Notes under the pieces: generated by a model
The model's database searches: none
Seen by the model: the letters and a program-made list of their open reading frames with translations, nothing else
Told to the model about the DNA's origin: nothing
Virus record (IMG/VR): IMGVR_UViG_3300047386_000320
Span: 1 to 59,921 of that record
Strand: one strand, 5' to 3'
Length of the DNA stretch: 59,921 nt
Source of the DNA: a virus
Taxonomy: Duplodnaviria; Caudoviricetes
Part shown: piece by piece, positions 1 through 10,429 of the stretch
How positions within the stretch are numbered: position 1 is the first letter of the stretch
Layout: each line of letters begins with the position of its first letter
Program-made: the position numbers and the translations under genes

Positions 1-127
1 GAGACAAACGCAGCTACTAGCGAATCTAATGCAGCTACTAGTGAAACGAATGCAGCAACTAGTGAAACTAACGCATCTGGTAGTGAAAGTGCGGCAGCAA
101 CTAGTGCTTCAAATGCAGCTACTAGTG
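1..127. repeat. Terminal overlap identical to 59795-59921 (circular contig)
   Basis: First 127 nt match the last 127 nt exactly; 127 is a common assembler k-mer length; the join is in frame within the fibre gene. Confidence 0.95.
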
Positions 128-3100
128 AAACAAATGCTGGTGCTTCTGCAACTGCTGCATCTACGTCAGCATCTACGGCTGGTACAAAAGCAACAGAAGC
201 AGGCACGTCCGCTGGTGCAGCCGAGACCGCACAAACAGCTGCAGAAACAGCTCAATCTGCTGCAGAAACTAGTGAAAGCAACGCCTCTACTAGTGAAACA
301 AACGCATCGGGGTCAGCAGCAAATGCAGCAACAAGTGAAAGTAATGCGGCTACTAGTGAAAGTAACGCTCAAGGGTCGGCTAATGCAGCGTCAACATCTG
401 CTTCAACTGCTTCTACCAAAGCAGATGAGGCTTCCACATCTGCAACTGCCGCAGAGACAGCGCAGACTGCAGCCGAAACTGCACAAGGTGCTGCTGAAAC
501 CTCAGAGACAAACGCAGCAACTAGCGCGACTAATGCTTCCGGCTCAGAGTCGGCAGCATCAACTAGTGAATCAAATGCAGCAACAAGCGAAACAAATGCT
601 GGTGCTTCTGCTACTGCAGCTGCTGGTTCAGCATCTACAGCGTCTACAAAAGCAACAGAAGCATCCCAATCTGCTAGTGCGGCAGAAACAGCAAAACTAG
701 CTGCTGAAACAGCTGAGTCAAATGCTGAGGCATCTGAAACTGCTGCCGCCTCTAGTGAGACGAACGCGGCTGGCTCAGCGTCTGCCGCTTCAAGTAGCGC
801 TACTGTGTCTGCGACAGCTCGTGATGTAGCTATTGGTACGGCTGCTGTACTCGGTGTCTCTGAAATGGTTGAACCAAGAGAACTATGGACGGGTGGATCG
901 CAGTACAATCAGGGATCAGTCCAAAAACCAGCAATACCTGAAAATGAAGGTAACTTTGTTACTAACGATGCGGTGTTTGGTAATGCCTTTCAGTTCACCA
1001 TTACACAGAACGCGACGATAGGTCAGGCCTATCCAGTCATATATCAAAATGGTCGAGTGCTTCAAGTACGCGCAAGATTCCGTGTAACAGACGATGGCGT
1101 TCAGGGGCTTGGTTCTACTGTCCGTATTGGTGTAACCACGCAGGCTGGTAAAACCGTTGTTGAATCAAATCAACAAAACGAAGGTGCGACTTATACCGTT
1201 GCCGATGGTGTTCAAGAAGTAAAGTTTTGGTTCTTTTCTAATGAAGCTGTTGTACCCACGACTGCTCCATCTGGGGTTACTTTTGATCTTCCAAGACTAA
1301 CCAGCGACGCAACGATTGACTCTGCTCACTGCCACATAAGACAGAATTTTACAGGCCCTGCGCCACAACGTGATGGTTTGATTGCTGTCGATTTTCTCGA
1401 AGTTAGTGACGTTACCGAGCTAGCAATATCTTTAAAAGAATCTGAGGATGCAGCCGGTTCAGCGTCTGCTGCAGCTACTAGTGCATCTAACGCTAGCGCT
1501 TCAGAGACTGCCGCTGGCCAGTCAGCTACTTCCGCACAAACAGCACAGACTAATGCTGAGACTGCACAAAGCGGAGCGGAAACTGCTGAGACTAACGCAT
1601 CGACTAGTGAAACCAACGCTTCTGGTTCTGCTAGTAATGCGGCGACTAGTGCCTCAAATGCAGCAACCAGTGAAAGTAACGCTGGCGCTTCTGCAACGGC
1701 AGCATCGACATCTGAATCGAATGCATCTACGTCCGCTAGTAACGCGGCTACATCTGCTAGTGCGGCAGAAACAGCAAAACTAGCTGCTGAGACGGCTCAG
1801 GGGGCAGCAGCAACTAGTGCTTCAAATGCGGCAACTAGTGAAACAAATGCAGAGGGGTCAGCTTCTGATGCGTCAACATCAGCTGCAGCGGCTGCATCCA
1901 GCGAAACGAACGCTGGTAACTCTGCTGATGCGGCAGCTACGTCCGCGTCTACAGCATCTACAAAGGCTACTGAAGCATCTGAGTCTGCTACGTCAGCATC
2001 TGGCAGTGCTACTCAAGCATCAACAAGTGCGGGAGAGGCCTCTACTAGCGCGGGACAGGCGTCAACAAGCGAGACTAACGCTGCTGGTTCTGCTTCGTCC
2101 GCTGCTACAAGCGAATCAAACGCAGCTACCAGTGAGAGCAATGCGTTAGGCTCTGCAAATGCGGCATCTACTAGTGAAAGTAGTGCTGCTACGAAAGCTA
2201 CAGAAGCGTCTACATTTGCGGGTGCTGCCGAGGCTGCACAACTTGCAGCTGAAACAGCTGAAGGCAACGCGTCTGTATCCGCAGCAAACGCTGCTACGAG
2301 TGAAACAAATGCTGCTGGTTCGTCTAACAGTGCCAGCCAGTTCTCACAGATCGCCGCTACCGTTATACGGACGGGTGGTTTTATTGGTAAAAATGACTTT
2401 TCTGACGGGACAAAAGGTCAGTGGAATAGTGGCACTGTTGTTGATGCACCGGCTGGACATCCGTTAGGTCGCACAAAAGCATACCGACAAACTGCCCGAG
2501 ATTCCTTGTATTACCGTTTGCCAAGTGGTGAGTCGTACTATCCGATTTCTGCTCACGGTAAGACCTTTAAACTGACGGGTTATGTTTACAACTCGTCTTC
2601 AGTACAAGCCCGTGCTGGTTTGAGAAGTAGAAACGCAACAGACCCTGTCTTTAGTCACTGGGCCACAGTGCTTGGAGCAGAAGCAAATACCAATACCTGG
2701 ACGTACTATGAAGACACGATAACTGTTAATGACGTTGACAGTGTTGAGCTAGGGCCGTTTTTACAGATAAATGGGTATACCTCAAATAACGATACGCTTT
2801 TAGCTTACTGGACAGACATGACGCTAGAAGATATTTCTAGTGAGAAAGCTGCAGGCGACTCTGCTAGCGCTGCTGCAACGTCTGCTTCTAATGCATCTGC
2901 TAGTGAGACAGCGGCTGGTCAATCAGCTACTGCTGCAGAAACAGCACAGACTAATGCGGAAACCGCACAAAGCGCTGCAGAGACTGCTGAGACTAACGCA
3001 TCGTCGAGCGAAACCAACGCGTCTGGTTCTGCTAGTAATGCGGCGAACTCAGCTAGTGCTGCAGCTACTAGTGAGACCAATGCCGGTGACTCTGCAACAG

Positions 3101-6100
3101 CTGCCTCTACCTCTGAATCAAATGCATCAACTAGTGCTAGCAATGCGGCAACGTCTGCAACTTCTGCAGAGAGTGCAAAAACTAGTGCTGAAACTGCCCA
3201 AGGGGCTGCAGAAACGGCTCAGTCAGCTGCGTCTACGAGTGAAACAAATGCTCTAGGCTCAGCAAACGCGGCGGCTACGTCTGAGAGCAATGCTGCCAAC
3301 AGTGAATCTGCTGCATTAGGGTCAGCAAATGCTGCTTCAACGAGCGCTTCAACAGCATCGACAAAAGCTAGTGAAGCATCAACTAGTGCAAGTGCCGCTG
3401 ACACAGCAAAACTAGCGGCGCAGACCGCACAAGGCGCAGCAGAAACTAGTGAAACAAATGCAGCTACCAGCGAAACAAATGCGGCTGGGTCTGCAAGTGC
3501 TGCGTCTACGTCTGCAACACTCGCAGCCAGGGCAGGCGAGTCTGCTGCTCAGCGCAATTTTATAACTCGGTTTGATCCTTTATATACGAACGATGGCGAC
3601 GTAGGTTGGACTGCCGTAACTTTGTATACGGAGAATGATGAGCCTGTTACTAACCCGAACACCGGCTCTCAAGCACGTAAAATTATAGATGGTGCTTACG
3701 AAAACGGGTCTGAATTTAATTTTTATGTTGGTCAAAAGATACGCGTTCGTCTTTGGTACAATACACAACATGCTTCACCTAGTAGTTTCCGCGTTTGTCT
3801 TCGTGACAATGGGGTTCTCAGTAACCCAAGTGTTACTTTGGCAACGCTGCCTACCGGTCAAGATTGGACGTATGTAGATACTGTTCACACCTTTACTGAT
3901 AACTACTTTTCTATATCTCCGGCCTTCGATAATAACGGTTCAACTGGCTTTCTTTTAGTTTCAGATCTTTCTTGGATTGACGTAACAGAAAGTGCTAATG
4001 CCGCAGACTCTGCTACTGCCGCAGCTACGAGTGCGTCTAATGCTAGTGCTTCTGAAACAGCGGCGGGACAGTCAGCTTCTTCTGCCTCTTCGGCACAAAC
4101 TGCAGCACAAACGGCGCAGAGCGGTGCGGAAACTGCCGAAACAAATGCGTCAACTAGTGAAACCAATGCCTCTGGCTCTGCAAGTAACGCTGCAACTAGT
4201 GAGTCTAATGCAGCTACTAGTGAGTCGAATGCTGGTGACTCAGCAACAGCCGCTGCAAGTTCTGCTAGTACTGCCAGTACCAAAGCGGGCGAGGCCTCTA
4301 CTAGTGCTAGCGCAGCTGAGACAGCTAAATTAGCAGCAGAAACTGCCGAAGGTAACGCAGAAACTAGTGAAACAAATGCAGCTACTAGTGAAACAAATGC
4401 AGCTGGGTCAGCTTCTGCTGCCTCTTCTTCGGCGTCAGTAGCTGCAACTGCCTTTTCTGACCTCGTTACCTTTGATGGCGACTTTCATTTTACTGAAGGC
4501 AAAACTGCATGGGTTAGGTACGCGGGGATTACTTCGTATGAGGACTTAGAAGAGGTAGATGGTGGGCCATCAGGAACCGGTGTTCTGCGAGCAAACAATA
4601 TTTGGCTGTATAGCGGACGTAAATTCGAAGTAGATACGACAAGAACCTATCGAATTACAGCTAAATTTAAACCTTATAACGGTAACTCTAAGTGTTATGC
4701 GGGTGTTGTGACTTGGGACGAGAATGGCTCATTACAGACTACTTCGCCCGGCACTCATCGGTACTGTGCTGGGAGTTCTATTCTTAATAGCGCCAACGGT
4801 TGGGTAACTTTTACTGGAACTATTACTGGTGAGGGTAATGCAAGCCACAACCAGTTTAGAGTAGGTACAAAGTTTGCCTCGCCAATGTTTATTGTCGGGC
4901 ATGAGGTGGGCACGACCTCTACTGCTGACCACACTGATGTTGATTTCTGCATGATTGAGGATATCACAGAAGAGGTTAATGCAGCCGCATCCGCTAGCGC
5001 TGCAGCTACGTCTGCTTCAACTGCAGAAGCATCAGAGACTGCTGCAGGCCAGTCAGCAACTACAGCATCTACCCATGCAAACACGGCAGCAACTAAAGCT
5101 GGTGAGGCATCGACCTCTGCGGGTCAAGCGGCAACCAGTGCTTCAAATGCTTCTGGGTCTGAATCAGCTGCTGCTACATCAGCATCAAATGCTGCAACTA
5201 GTGAAAGTAATGCATTGGGTTCAGCAAATGCTGCATCGACGTCAGAGTCAAGCGCTGCGACTAGCGCCACTAACTCAGCTACTGCTCAAGCTGCAGCAGA
5301 GGCTGCTAGAGACGCAACGATAGTCCAAAACATTATTCCAGATAGCAGCTTTGAGTTATCTGGTGCTGCTAGTGCTTTCCTAAATGATTCAGGGTTTGAT
5401 CCAGAAAACCCGACTGGTAATACCCCTCGATGGGAATTAGTTACCTCTGCCAGTGGTGTTAACCCTAAGTCAGGTAGCTACATGATTCGTGAGGTTGATC
5501 CAACTGGGGGAACTGACTCATTCGCCGGTATTTGGAAGAATGATGTTGCTGTTGTAAATGGCGATAAATTTACTCTGGGTTTCTGGGCGTACAACAACAC
5601 AGGCGGGGAAGTAAGACTGTCACTTAACCAACAAGGTGGTTGGGCTGGGTCAACGACCACGAGCAACGGACAATGGACATTCTACCAAGCTCACGGTACA
5701 GCGGGTGCTGGCTACAGTGAACTAACCATTGATAAGCGAGGCCAAGACGTACCAAGTAGCACTGAGTTTTACATTGATTCGTTGACCTTGGTTCGTGGTC
5801 ACGTAGATCTTACGGGCGTTGAAACAAGCGACTTAGCTGCAACAGCGCAGCTAGAAGCTACCAACGCCTCGTTACAAGCATCTACGTCAGCCAGTGCATC
5901 AGAAACAGCTCAACTTGCAGCCGAAACGGCTCAAGGAGCAGCGGAAACTGCTGAAAGTAATGCTGCAACAAGCTCATCGAATGCATCTGGTTCGGAAAGT
6001 GCCGCAGCTACCAGCGCGTCTGCTGCTGCAACTAGTGAGACAAATGCTGGCACTTCAGCAAGTTCAGCGGCTACTTCCGCGAGCACTGCAACAACTAAAG

Positions 6101-8388
6101 CTACAGAAGCGTCTCAATCTGCTAGTACAGCGTCTACTCATGCAAACACCGCCTCTACAAAAGCAGGCCAGGCTAGCACTTCCGCTACTAATGCAGCAGC
6201 AAGTGAAACAAACGCAGCTGGTTCAGCAAGCGCAGCGTCTTCTTCGGCGTCAGTTGCCGCTACTACTGCACAGACAGGCGGCTTTATTGGTAAGAATGAT
6301 TTTACTGATGGGAGTAAAGGCGAGTGGAATGCAGGCTCAGTTGTTGATGCGCCAGCCGGTCACCCATTAGGCCGAACAAAGGCCCTAAGACAGACTACTA
6401 GAGATAACTACTATTTCCCTGCGCTTGGTGGCGGTGACTCTTTCTATCAAAACTCTGCTCACGGAAAAACTTTCAAGGTTTCCGGGTACGTTTATAACTC
6501 TTCTAATCAAGATGCTCGTGCTGGCTTACGATCTGTAAATGCAACTAACAATAGCCATTGGCCAACTATTAATGCAGCACAAGAAAATACCAACACCTGG
6601 ACGTATTACGAAAACACATTCACGGTTAATGACTCTGATGGAATCAAACTAGCTCCATTTTTACAGATAAACGGCTCTACCCAAAATAACGATACGTTTC
6701 TAACCTACTGGACAGATATGACGCTTGAGGATGTTTCAAGCGAAAAGGCAGCAGCTGATTCAGCCAGCGCTGCAGCTACTTCTGAAAGTGCAGCCTCTGC
6801 CTCTGAAACAGCAGCTGGACAGTCAGCAAGTTCAGCATCTACCCATGCAACCACTGCTAGTACTAAAGCGGGCGAAGCATCTACGTCTGCCTCAAACGCA
6901 GCGACTAGTGAAACAAATGCAGCTGGGTCAGCAAACACAGCAAGCACTCAAGCTACTAATGCAGCTAATAGCGCTTCCACTGCATCAGGCCATGCAAGTG
7001 CTGCTAATACTTCTGCTTCGACTGCTTCAACAAAAGCAGATGAGGCTTCTGCGTCTGCTTCAACTGCATCAGGTCATGCAAACACAGCATCTACTCAGGC
7101 ATCGAATGCTTCTACTTATGCGTCTGAGACTGCTACTGCATCGACTGTTGCAGCAACAAGAAACTACGTAGTTCAAGATCTCTTTAGCGCCGCTAACTGG
7201 GCCGCAAATGATGGGATGCACAGTACGGTTAACAACCCTACTACTGGCAGCCCTGTAATGATTGTTAAGGATGGGGCGCGTCAGCTTCATCAGTATACAA
7301 ATCTAAAAGCCGGTACTCGTTTTAGATGCACACTTTGGGTCAATACTTTAGCCCCTACTAATACAGGCGGGGTTACTCCTACCATCAGAGGCGGTGCAGC
7401 TGCTGGAAACGGCAGTTTGATTAGTAGGACAGATCAAGTTAACGGAACAATAGCGACAGGACTTGATTGGTCTCTGCAAGTTACAGAGTTCACCGTAACT
7501 CAAGACTTTGCTTACTGGTCGCCTGCTTTCGACTTTGGCCCATCTGCAGACAGAGCTTATGTTAGTGATCTGCGCTGGGAAGACATTACGTTACTTAATG
7601 AGGCGGCTACATCTGCTGCTGCGTCTGCGGTTAGTGGCATTAATGCGCGACTTGAAAACGCGAACGGCTCTGGTGTGACAGTTGAAGAAGCCTTTAGTGC
7701 ACAGGCTAATGACATATCAGGCCTCGAAGGTCAGTACACCGTAAAGATTGACAACAACGGAAGCGTTTCTGGGTTTGGTTTGGCTAGCACTGCAAATGGC
7801 TCTACACCAACCAGTGAGTTTTATGTTGCCGCTGACAAGTTCGCGATCATGCCTCCGAGCTCTACAAATATTCTACCTTGGGCAAATAACACATATTACA
7901 ACGCGGGCGCTGTAAGAACAGCACAAGATATGGGTGGGGCACAGCAGACCTATATATGTGTTTTGAATCATGCCGCTAATAGTCCTTACGATGCTCCACC
8001 TTTCACTACAAACCCGCCTAGATGGCGAATAATGAGCCAGAACCCTTTTAGTGTAATTGCAACACCAGTAATCATTTCTGATGGTACGGGCAACACTGTA
8101 ACTATTCCGCCTGGTGTTTATCTGGACACCGCATATATTGCCGACGCTACGATTACAGCAGCAAAAATTGCACAAATTAATGCAGATGTCATCACCACCG
8201 GTTCTCTTACGGCTGATCGAATTGGTGCGGGCACACTTGATGCAGGCGTAATAAATATTGAAGGCGTTGGAGGCACACTAAATATCAAATCTGCTGCTTC
8301 TGGGTCTCGTATGGAAATGACCGCTAATGTCATAAAAGTATTTAACGGCAATGCTCTGCGAGTGCAGTTAGGAGACCTATCTGAATGA
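1..8388 (+). CDS. Giant tail fibre / host-specificity protein, 3' part (gene starts at 58097 and wraps; ~3361 aa in total)
   Basis: Frame 1 is open from base 1 (ETNAATSESNAATS...) into the 805..8388 ORF; A/S/T heptad linkers alternate with seven globular CBM-like domains; C-terminal GQYTVKIDNNGSVSGFGLAS...SEFYVAADKFAI resembles the gpJ C-terminal DUF1983 region. Confidence 0.9.
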   Translation, partial: ETNAATSESNAATSETNAATSETNASGSESAAATSASNAATSETNAGASATAASTSASTAGTKATEAGTSAGAAETAQTAAETAQSAAETSESNASTSETNASGSAANAATSESNAATSESNAQGSANAASTSASTASTKADEASTSATAAETAQTAAETAQGAAETSETNAATSATNASGSESAASTSESNAATSETNAGASATAAAGSASTASTKATEASQSASAAETAKLAAETAESNAEASETAAASSETNAAGSASAASSSATVSATARDVAIGTAAVLGVSEMVEPRELWTGGSQYNQGSVQKPAIPENEGNFVTNDAVFGNAFQFTITQNATIGQAYPVIYQNGRVLQVRARFRVTDDGVQGLGSTVRIGVTTQAGKTVVESNQQNEGATYTVADGVQEVKFWFFSNEAVVPTTAPSGVTFDLPRLTSDATIDSAHCHIRQNFTGPAPQRDGLIAVDFLEVSDVTELAISLKESEDAAGSASAAATSASNASASETAAGQSATSAQTAQTNAETAQSGAETAETNASTSETNASGSASNAATSASNAATSESNAGASATAASTSESNASTSASNAATSASAAETAKLAAETAQGAAATSASNAATSETNAEGSASDASTSAAAAASSETNAGNSADAAATSASTASTKATEASESATSASGSATQASTSAGEASTSAGQASTSETNAAGSASSAATSESNAATSESNALGSANAASTSESSAATKATEASTFAGAAEAAQLAAETAEGNASVSAANAATSETNAAGSSNSASQFSQIAATVIRTGGFIGKNDFSDGTKGQWNSGTVVDAPAGHPLGRTKAYRQTARDSLYYRLPSGESYYPISAHGKTFKLTGYVYNSSSVQARAGLRSRNATDPVFSHWATVLGAEANTNTWTYYEDTITVNDVDSVELGPFLQINGYTSNNDTLLAYWTDMTLEDISSEKAAGDSASAAATSASNASASETAAGQSATAAETAQTNAETAQSAAETAETNASSSETNASGSASNAANSASAAATSETNAGDSATAASTSESNASTSASNAATSATSAESAKTSAETAQGAAETAQSAASTSETNALGSANAAATSESNAANSESAALGSANAASTSASTASTKASEASTSASAADTAKLAAQTAQGAAETSETNAATSETNAAGSASAASTSATLAARAGESAAQRNFITRFDPLYTNDGDVGWTAVTLYTENDEPVTNPNTGSQARKIIDGAYENGSEFNFYVGQKIRVRLWYNTQHASPSSFRVCLRDNGVLSNPSVTLATLPTGQDWTYVDTVHTFTDNYFSISPAFDNNGSTGFLLVSDLSWIDVTESANAADSATAAATSASNASASETAAGQSASSASSAQTAAQTAQSGAETAETNASTSETNASGSASNAATSESNAATSESNAGDSATAAASSASTASTKAGEASTSASAAETAKLAAETAEGNAETSETNAATSETNAAGSASAASSSASVAATAFSDLVTFDGDFHFTEGKTAWVRYAGITSYEDLEEVDGGPSGTGVLRANNIWLYSGRKFEVDTTRTYRITAKFKPYNGNSKCYAGVVTWDENGSLQTTSPGTHRYCAGSSILNSANGWVTFTGTITGEGNASHNQFRVGTKFASPMFIVGHEVGTTSTADHTDVDFCMIEDITEEVNAAASASAAATSASTAEASETAAGQSATTASTHANTAATKAGEASTSAGQAATSASNASGSESAAATSASNAATSESNALGSANAASTSESSAATSATNSATAQAAAEAARDATIVQNIIPDSSFELSGAASAFLNDSGFDPENPTGNTPRWELVTSASGVNPKSGSYMIREVDPTGGTDSFAGIWKNDVAVVNGDKFTLGFWAYNNTGGEVRLSLNQQGGWAGSTTTSNGQWTFYQAHGTAGAGYSELTIDKRGQDVPSSTEFYIDSLTLVRGHVDLTGVETSDLAATAQLEATNASLQASTSASASETAQLAAETAQGAAETAESNAATSSSNASGSESAAATSASAAATSETNAGTSASSAATSASTATTKATEASQSASTASTHANTASTKAGQASTSATNAAASETNAAGSASAASSSASVAATTAQTGGFIGKNDFTDGSKGEWNAGSVVDAPAGHPLGRTKALRQTTRDNYYFPALGGGDSFYQNSAHGKTFKVSGYVYNSSNQDARAGLRSVNATNNSHWPTINAAQENTNTWTYYENTFTVNDSDGIKLAPFLQINGSTQNNDTFLTYWTDMTLEDVSSEKAAADSASAAATSESAASASETAAGQSASSASTHATTASTKAGEASTSASNAATSETNAAGSANTASTQATNAANSASTASGHASAANTSASTASTKADEASASASTASGHANTASTQASNASTYASETATASTVAATRNYVVQDLFSAANWAANDGMHSTVNNPTTGSPVMIVKDGARQLHQYTNLKAGTRFRCTLWVNTLAPTNTGGVTPTIRGGAAAGNGSLISRTDQVNGTIATGLDWSLQVTEFTVTQDFAYWSPAFDFGPSADRAYVSDLRWEDITLLNEAATSAAASAVSGINARLENANGSGVTVEEAFSAQANDISGLEGQYTVKIDNNGSVSGFGLASTANGSTPTSEFYVAADKFAIMPPSSTNILPWANNTYYNAGAVRTAQDMGGAQQTYICVLNHAANSPYDAPPFTTNPPRWRIMSQNPFSVIATPVIISDGTGNTVTIPPGVYLDTAYIADATITAAKIAQINADVITTGSLTADRIGAGTLDAGVINIEGVGGTLNIKSAASGSRMEMTANVIKVFNGNALRVQLGDLSE

Positions 8389-8687
8389 GTCAGGGTCTAA
8401 AGATATATAACGAAGCTGGTGAAGTGCGCCTCGATACAACAATGCGACTGGCGCGCTACCACTCTTTTTACACGGGGTACTTAGCGGCTGATACAAGCAC
8501 AACAGTATCAGTGCCTGGGCTCGCTGACGATGGTACATGGTCAATAGCCTTTGAACCCCAAGGTGGTTTTAGTGGTTCAGATGTTGAGGTAACGGTTAGC
8601 CCTGGAAGTATCTATATCTATAACGGCGGTAACGGATCTTATTACGCTACTTCAACCCACTGGAATATAACTATTTATAGGATTTAA
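8385..8687 (+). CDS. Small tail-tip associated protein
   Basis: ATGA overlap with the fibre stop; N-terminal GLKIYNEAGEVRLD motif is typical of small genes following gpJ-like proteins. Confidence 0.65.
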   Translation: MSQGLKIYNEAGEVRLDTTMRLARYHSFYTGYLAADTSTTVSVPGLADDGTWSIAFEPQGGFSGSDVEVTVSPGSIYIYNGGNGSYYATSTHWNITIYRI

Positions 8688-8688
8688 C

Positions 8689-9588
8689 GTGAGTTACGGT
8701 TTTAGAAGCGAAAATGACAGCGGACGTTTACAGATTGACGAGAACTTTCCCAACATGCTCGTGGTTGCGACTGGCACGTGTACTAATGGCGACGTTATTA
8801 GCTTTCCAGCAGGCGTTAATGAAAACAACATTCAAGTCTGGGCTCGCATAAATAGTGCTAATCGCGGCGACTCTACAACTTCTGACGGTACTGTCTATAC
8901 CGGTAAATTTAGAATCCATGGCCATATTTATCGTGGTCAGTCTCCCGGTGATAACAATAAAAAATTTCGTATTTGGTGCAGTAATGTATCTGATTATCAG
9001 GGGCCGTCTGGCGGGGGCGGGCAACTATGGAATTATTTTTTAGAAACTGACCCCGGCAGAAATATTTTTTCGGGTGGTGGATTTTCAGCACAGGCAGGAG
9101 AACAAGCGGCAACTGCAACTACGCAAATTGATTATGTTGTAACTACTCAACCTGAAGAAATGGCGGTTCCTCAAACCGGCTATGGTTTAAACGTATTAAA
9201 AGAAAATCAAACGCTTGCGTACTCATCAGAATATCAAGTAATGAATGTGATTGAAGATATATATTTTGAGTTAGATGGGTCTGCTGATAACCCACCTTCG
9301 GATCAATTTTTTATGCCTGACACGTTCCCGATTACCCGCACAAACCAACCCGCCGATAGGTATGTGCTGGTTAATTGCACGTACCATTTCTGGGTAAGAA
9401 CTGTTGCTTTTCCAGGTATTGCTATTTACCAAGGCCCGCTGTGGCAAATGGATTATGAGGCAGAAACAATATCGATCATAAATAGAGTTTCTCAAACGGG
9501 CCCAGCAATGGGACGGAGTTTCTTTTTTATTAATTTTCGCCCTGATTATCAGCGTAGGCACTTCCAATTAGGAGATTTATCTAAATGA
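8689..9588 (+). CDS. Tail-tip associated / putative receptor-binding protein
   Basis: MSYGFRSENDSGRLQID and internal YGLNVLKENQ motifs; aromatic-rich beta protein; position after the gpJ-like gene. Confidence 0.6.
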   Translation: MSYGFRSENDSGRLQIDENFPNMLVVATGTCTNGDVISFPAGVNENNIQVWARINSANRGDSTTSDGTVYTGKFRIHGHIYRGQSPGDNNKKFRIWCSNVSDYQGPSGGGGQLWNYFLETDPGRNIFSGGGFSAQAGEQAATATTQIDYVVTTQPEEMAVPQTGYGLNVLKENQTLAYSSEYQVMNVIEDIYFELDGSADNPPSDQFFMPDTFPITRTNQPADRYVLVNCTYHFWVRTVAFPGIAIYQGPLWQMDYEAETISIINRVSQTGPAMGRSFFFINFRPDYQRRHFQLGDLSK

Positions 9589-10031
9589 ACCAATATGCTT
9601 TTGTAAAGCCTAATGGGTTTGTATCACACGTTTGTTCCCCAGCTATGGATAACCAGTATCAGGACGGCCAGATTGTTGGCAGCGATACTGTCAGAGTGCT
9701 CCCGCAAGATGCACAGGCTAGCGTAGTTATAAATACGTGGTTATGGGTTGATGGTGCGTGGTCTACAAGACCTGAAAAACCCGGAACTCATTATATGTTC
9801 GAAGGTGGCTCGTGGGTTTTTGACTCCGAGGGCTTTTGGAGAGCAGTAAGACTGGAAAGGGATATAAAAATGGCCGGCTGTGATTGGACACAAATACCAG
9901 ATAACCAGCTTACCGAGACACAAAAAGCGGAATGGAGAACTTATAGACAGGCGCTTCGTGACCTTCCCGCAACTAATGCAACTGTTACATCAGTTCAAGA
10001 TTTGGTGTGGCCTACTGAACCGGGTAGCTAA
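9585..10031 (+). CDS. Tail fibre assembly chaperone
   Basis: C-terminal VRxERD...CDWTQIPD...EWRTYRQALRDLP...WP signature. Confidence 0.85.
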   Translation: MNQYAFVKPNGFVSHVCSPAMDNQYQDGQIVGSDTVRVLPQDAQASVVINTWLWVDGAWSTRPEKPGTHYMFEGGSWVFDSEGFWRAVRLERDIKMAGCDWTQIPDNQLTETQKAEWRTYRQALRDLPATNATVTSVQDLVWPTEPGS

Positions 10032-10032
10032 T

Positions 10033-10275
10033 ATGGCAACTAAAAGAAACTACAAGAAGGAATACAAGGAGTACCACAGCAAGGATAAGCAAAAGAAAAA
10101 TCGCGCAGGCAGAAACACGGCTCGTCGTAGAGCGCTGGCTGCGGGTAAAGTGAAGAAGGGCGGTTCAAAAGACGTCCATCACAAGGACGGTAATCCACGC
10201 AACAACAAAAAGAGCAATCTTAAAGTTGTTAGCCGTAAAACCAACCGTGGAAAGCTAAGGGTCAGAAGGAAATAG
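10033..10275 (+). CDS. Small basic HNH endonuclease-like protein
   Basis: DVHHKDGNPRNNKKSNLKVVSRKTNR; ATG at 10033 directly after the upstream stop is a better start than 9880. Confidence 0.75.
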   Translation: MATKRNYKKEYKEYHSKDKQKKNRAGRNTARRRALAAGKVKKGGSKDVHHKDGNPRNNKKSNLKVVSRKTNRGKLRVRRK

Positions 10276-10429
10276 CATAACCCTCATCAACACAAGTCAT
10301 TATTCAGTTGGAATACGGCTCTGTATAATTGGGTCTTAACTACCGAGGCCCCCCTAATGATTGTTTATATGCTAGCTTTTGCTATTGCATCGTTGTCTTT
10401 TATTGCCATCGACGACTTGAAAATAAGTC

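Noticed and set aside
1-127. Biological direct terminal repeat
   Set aside because: Length equals a common assembler k-mer and it lies mid-gene, so it indicates circular assembly rather than physical ends
805-807. GTG start of the 2527-aa ORF
   Set aside because: The frame is open upstream through the join to GTG 58097, which has an SD and stop-start coupling
2370-6740. DGR template/variable repeat pair or invertible shufflon
   Set aside because: No reverse transcriptase or invertase; both copies are in-frame direct repeats and the differences are not adenine-specific
29-7290. Many Leu/Gln-rich plus-strand ORFs and Ala-rich minus-strand ORFs
   Set aside because: Shadow frames of the GCN/ACN/TCN-rich fibre repeats; no SD or protein-like features
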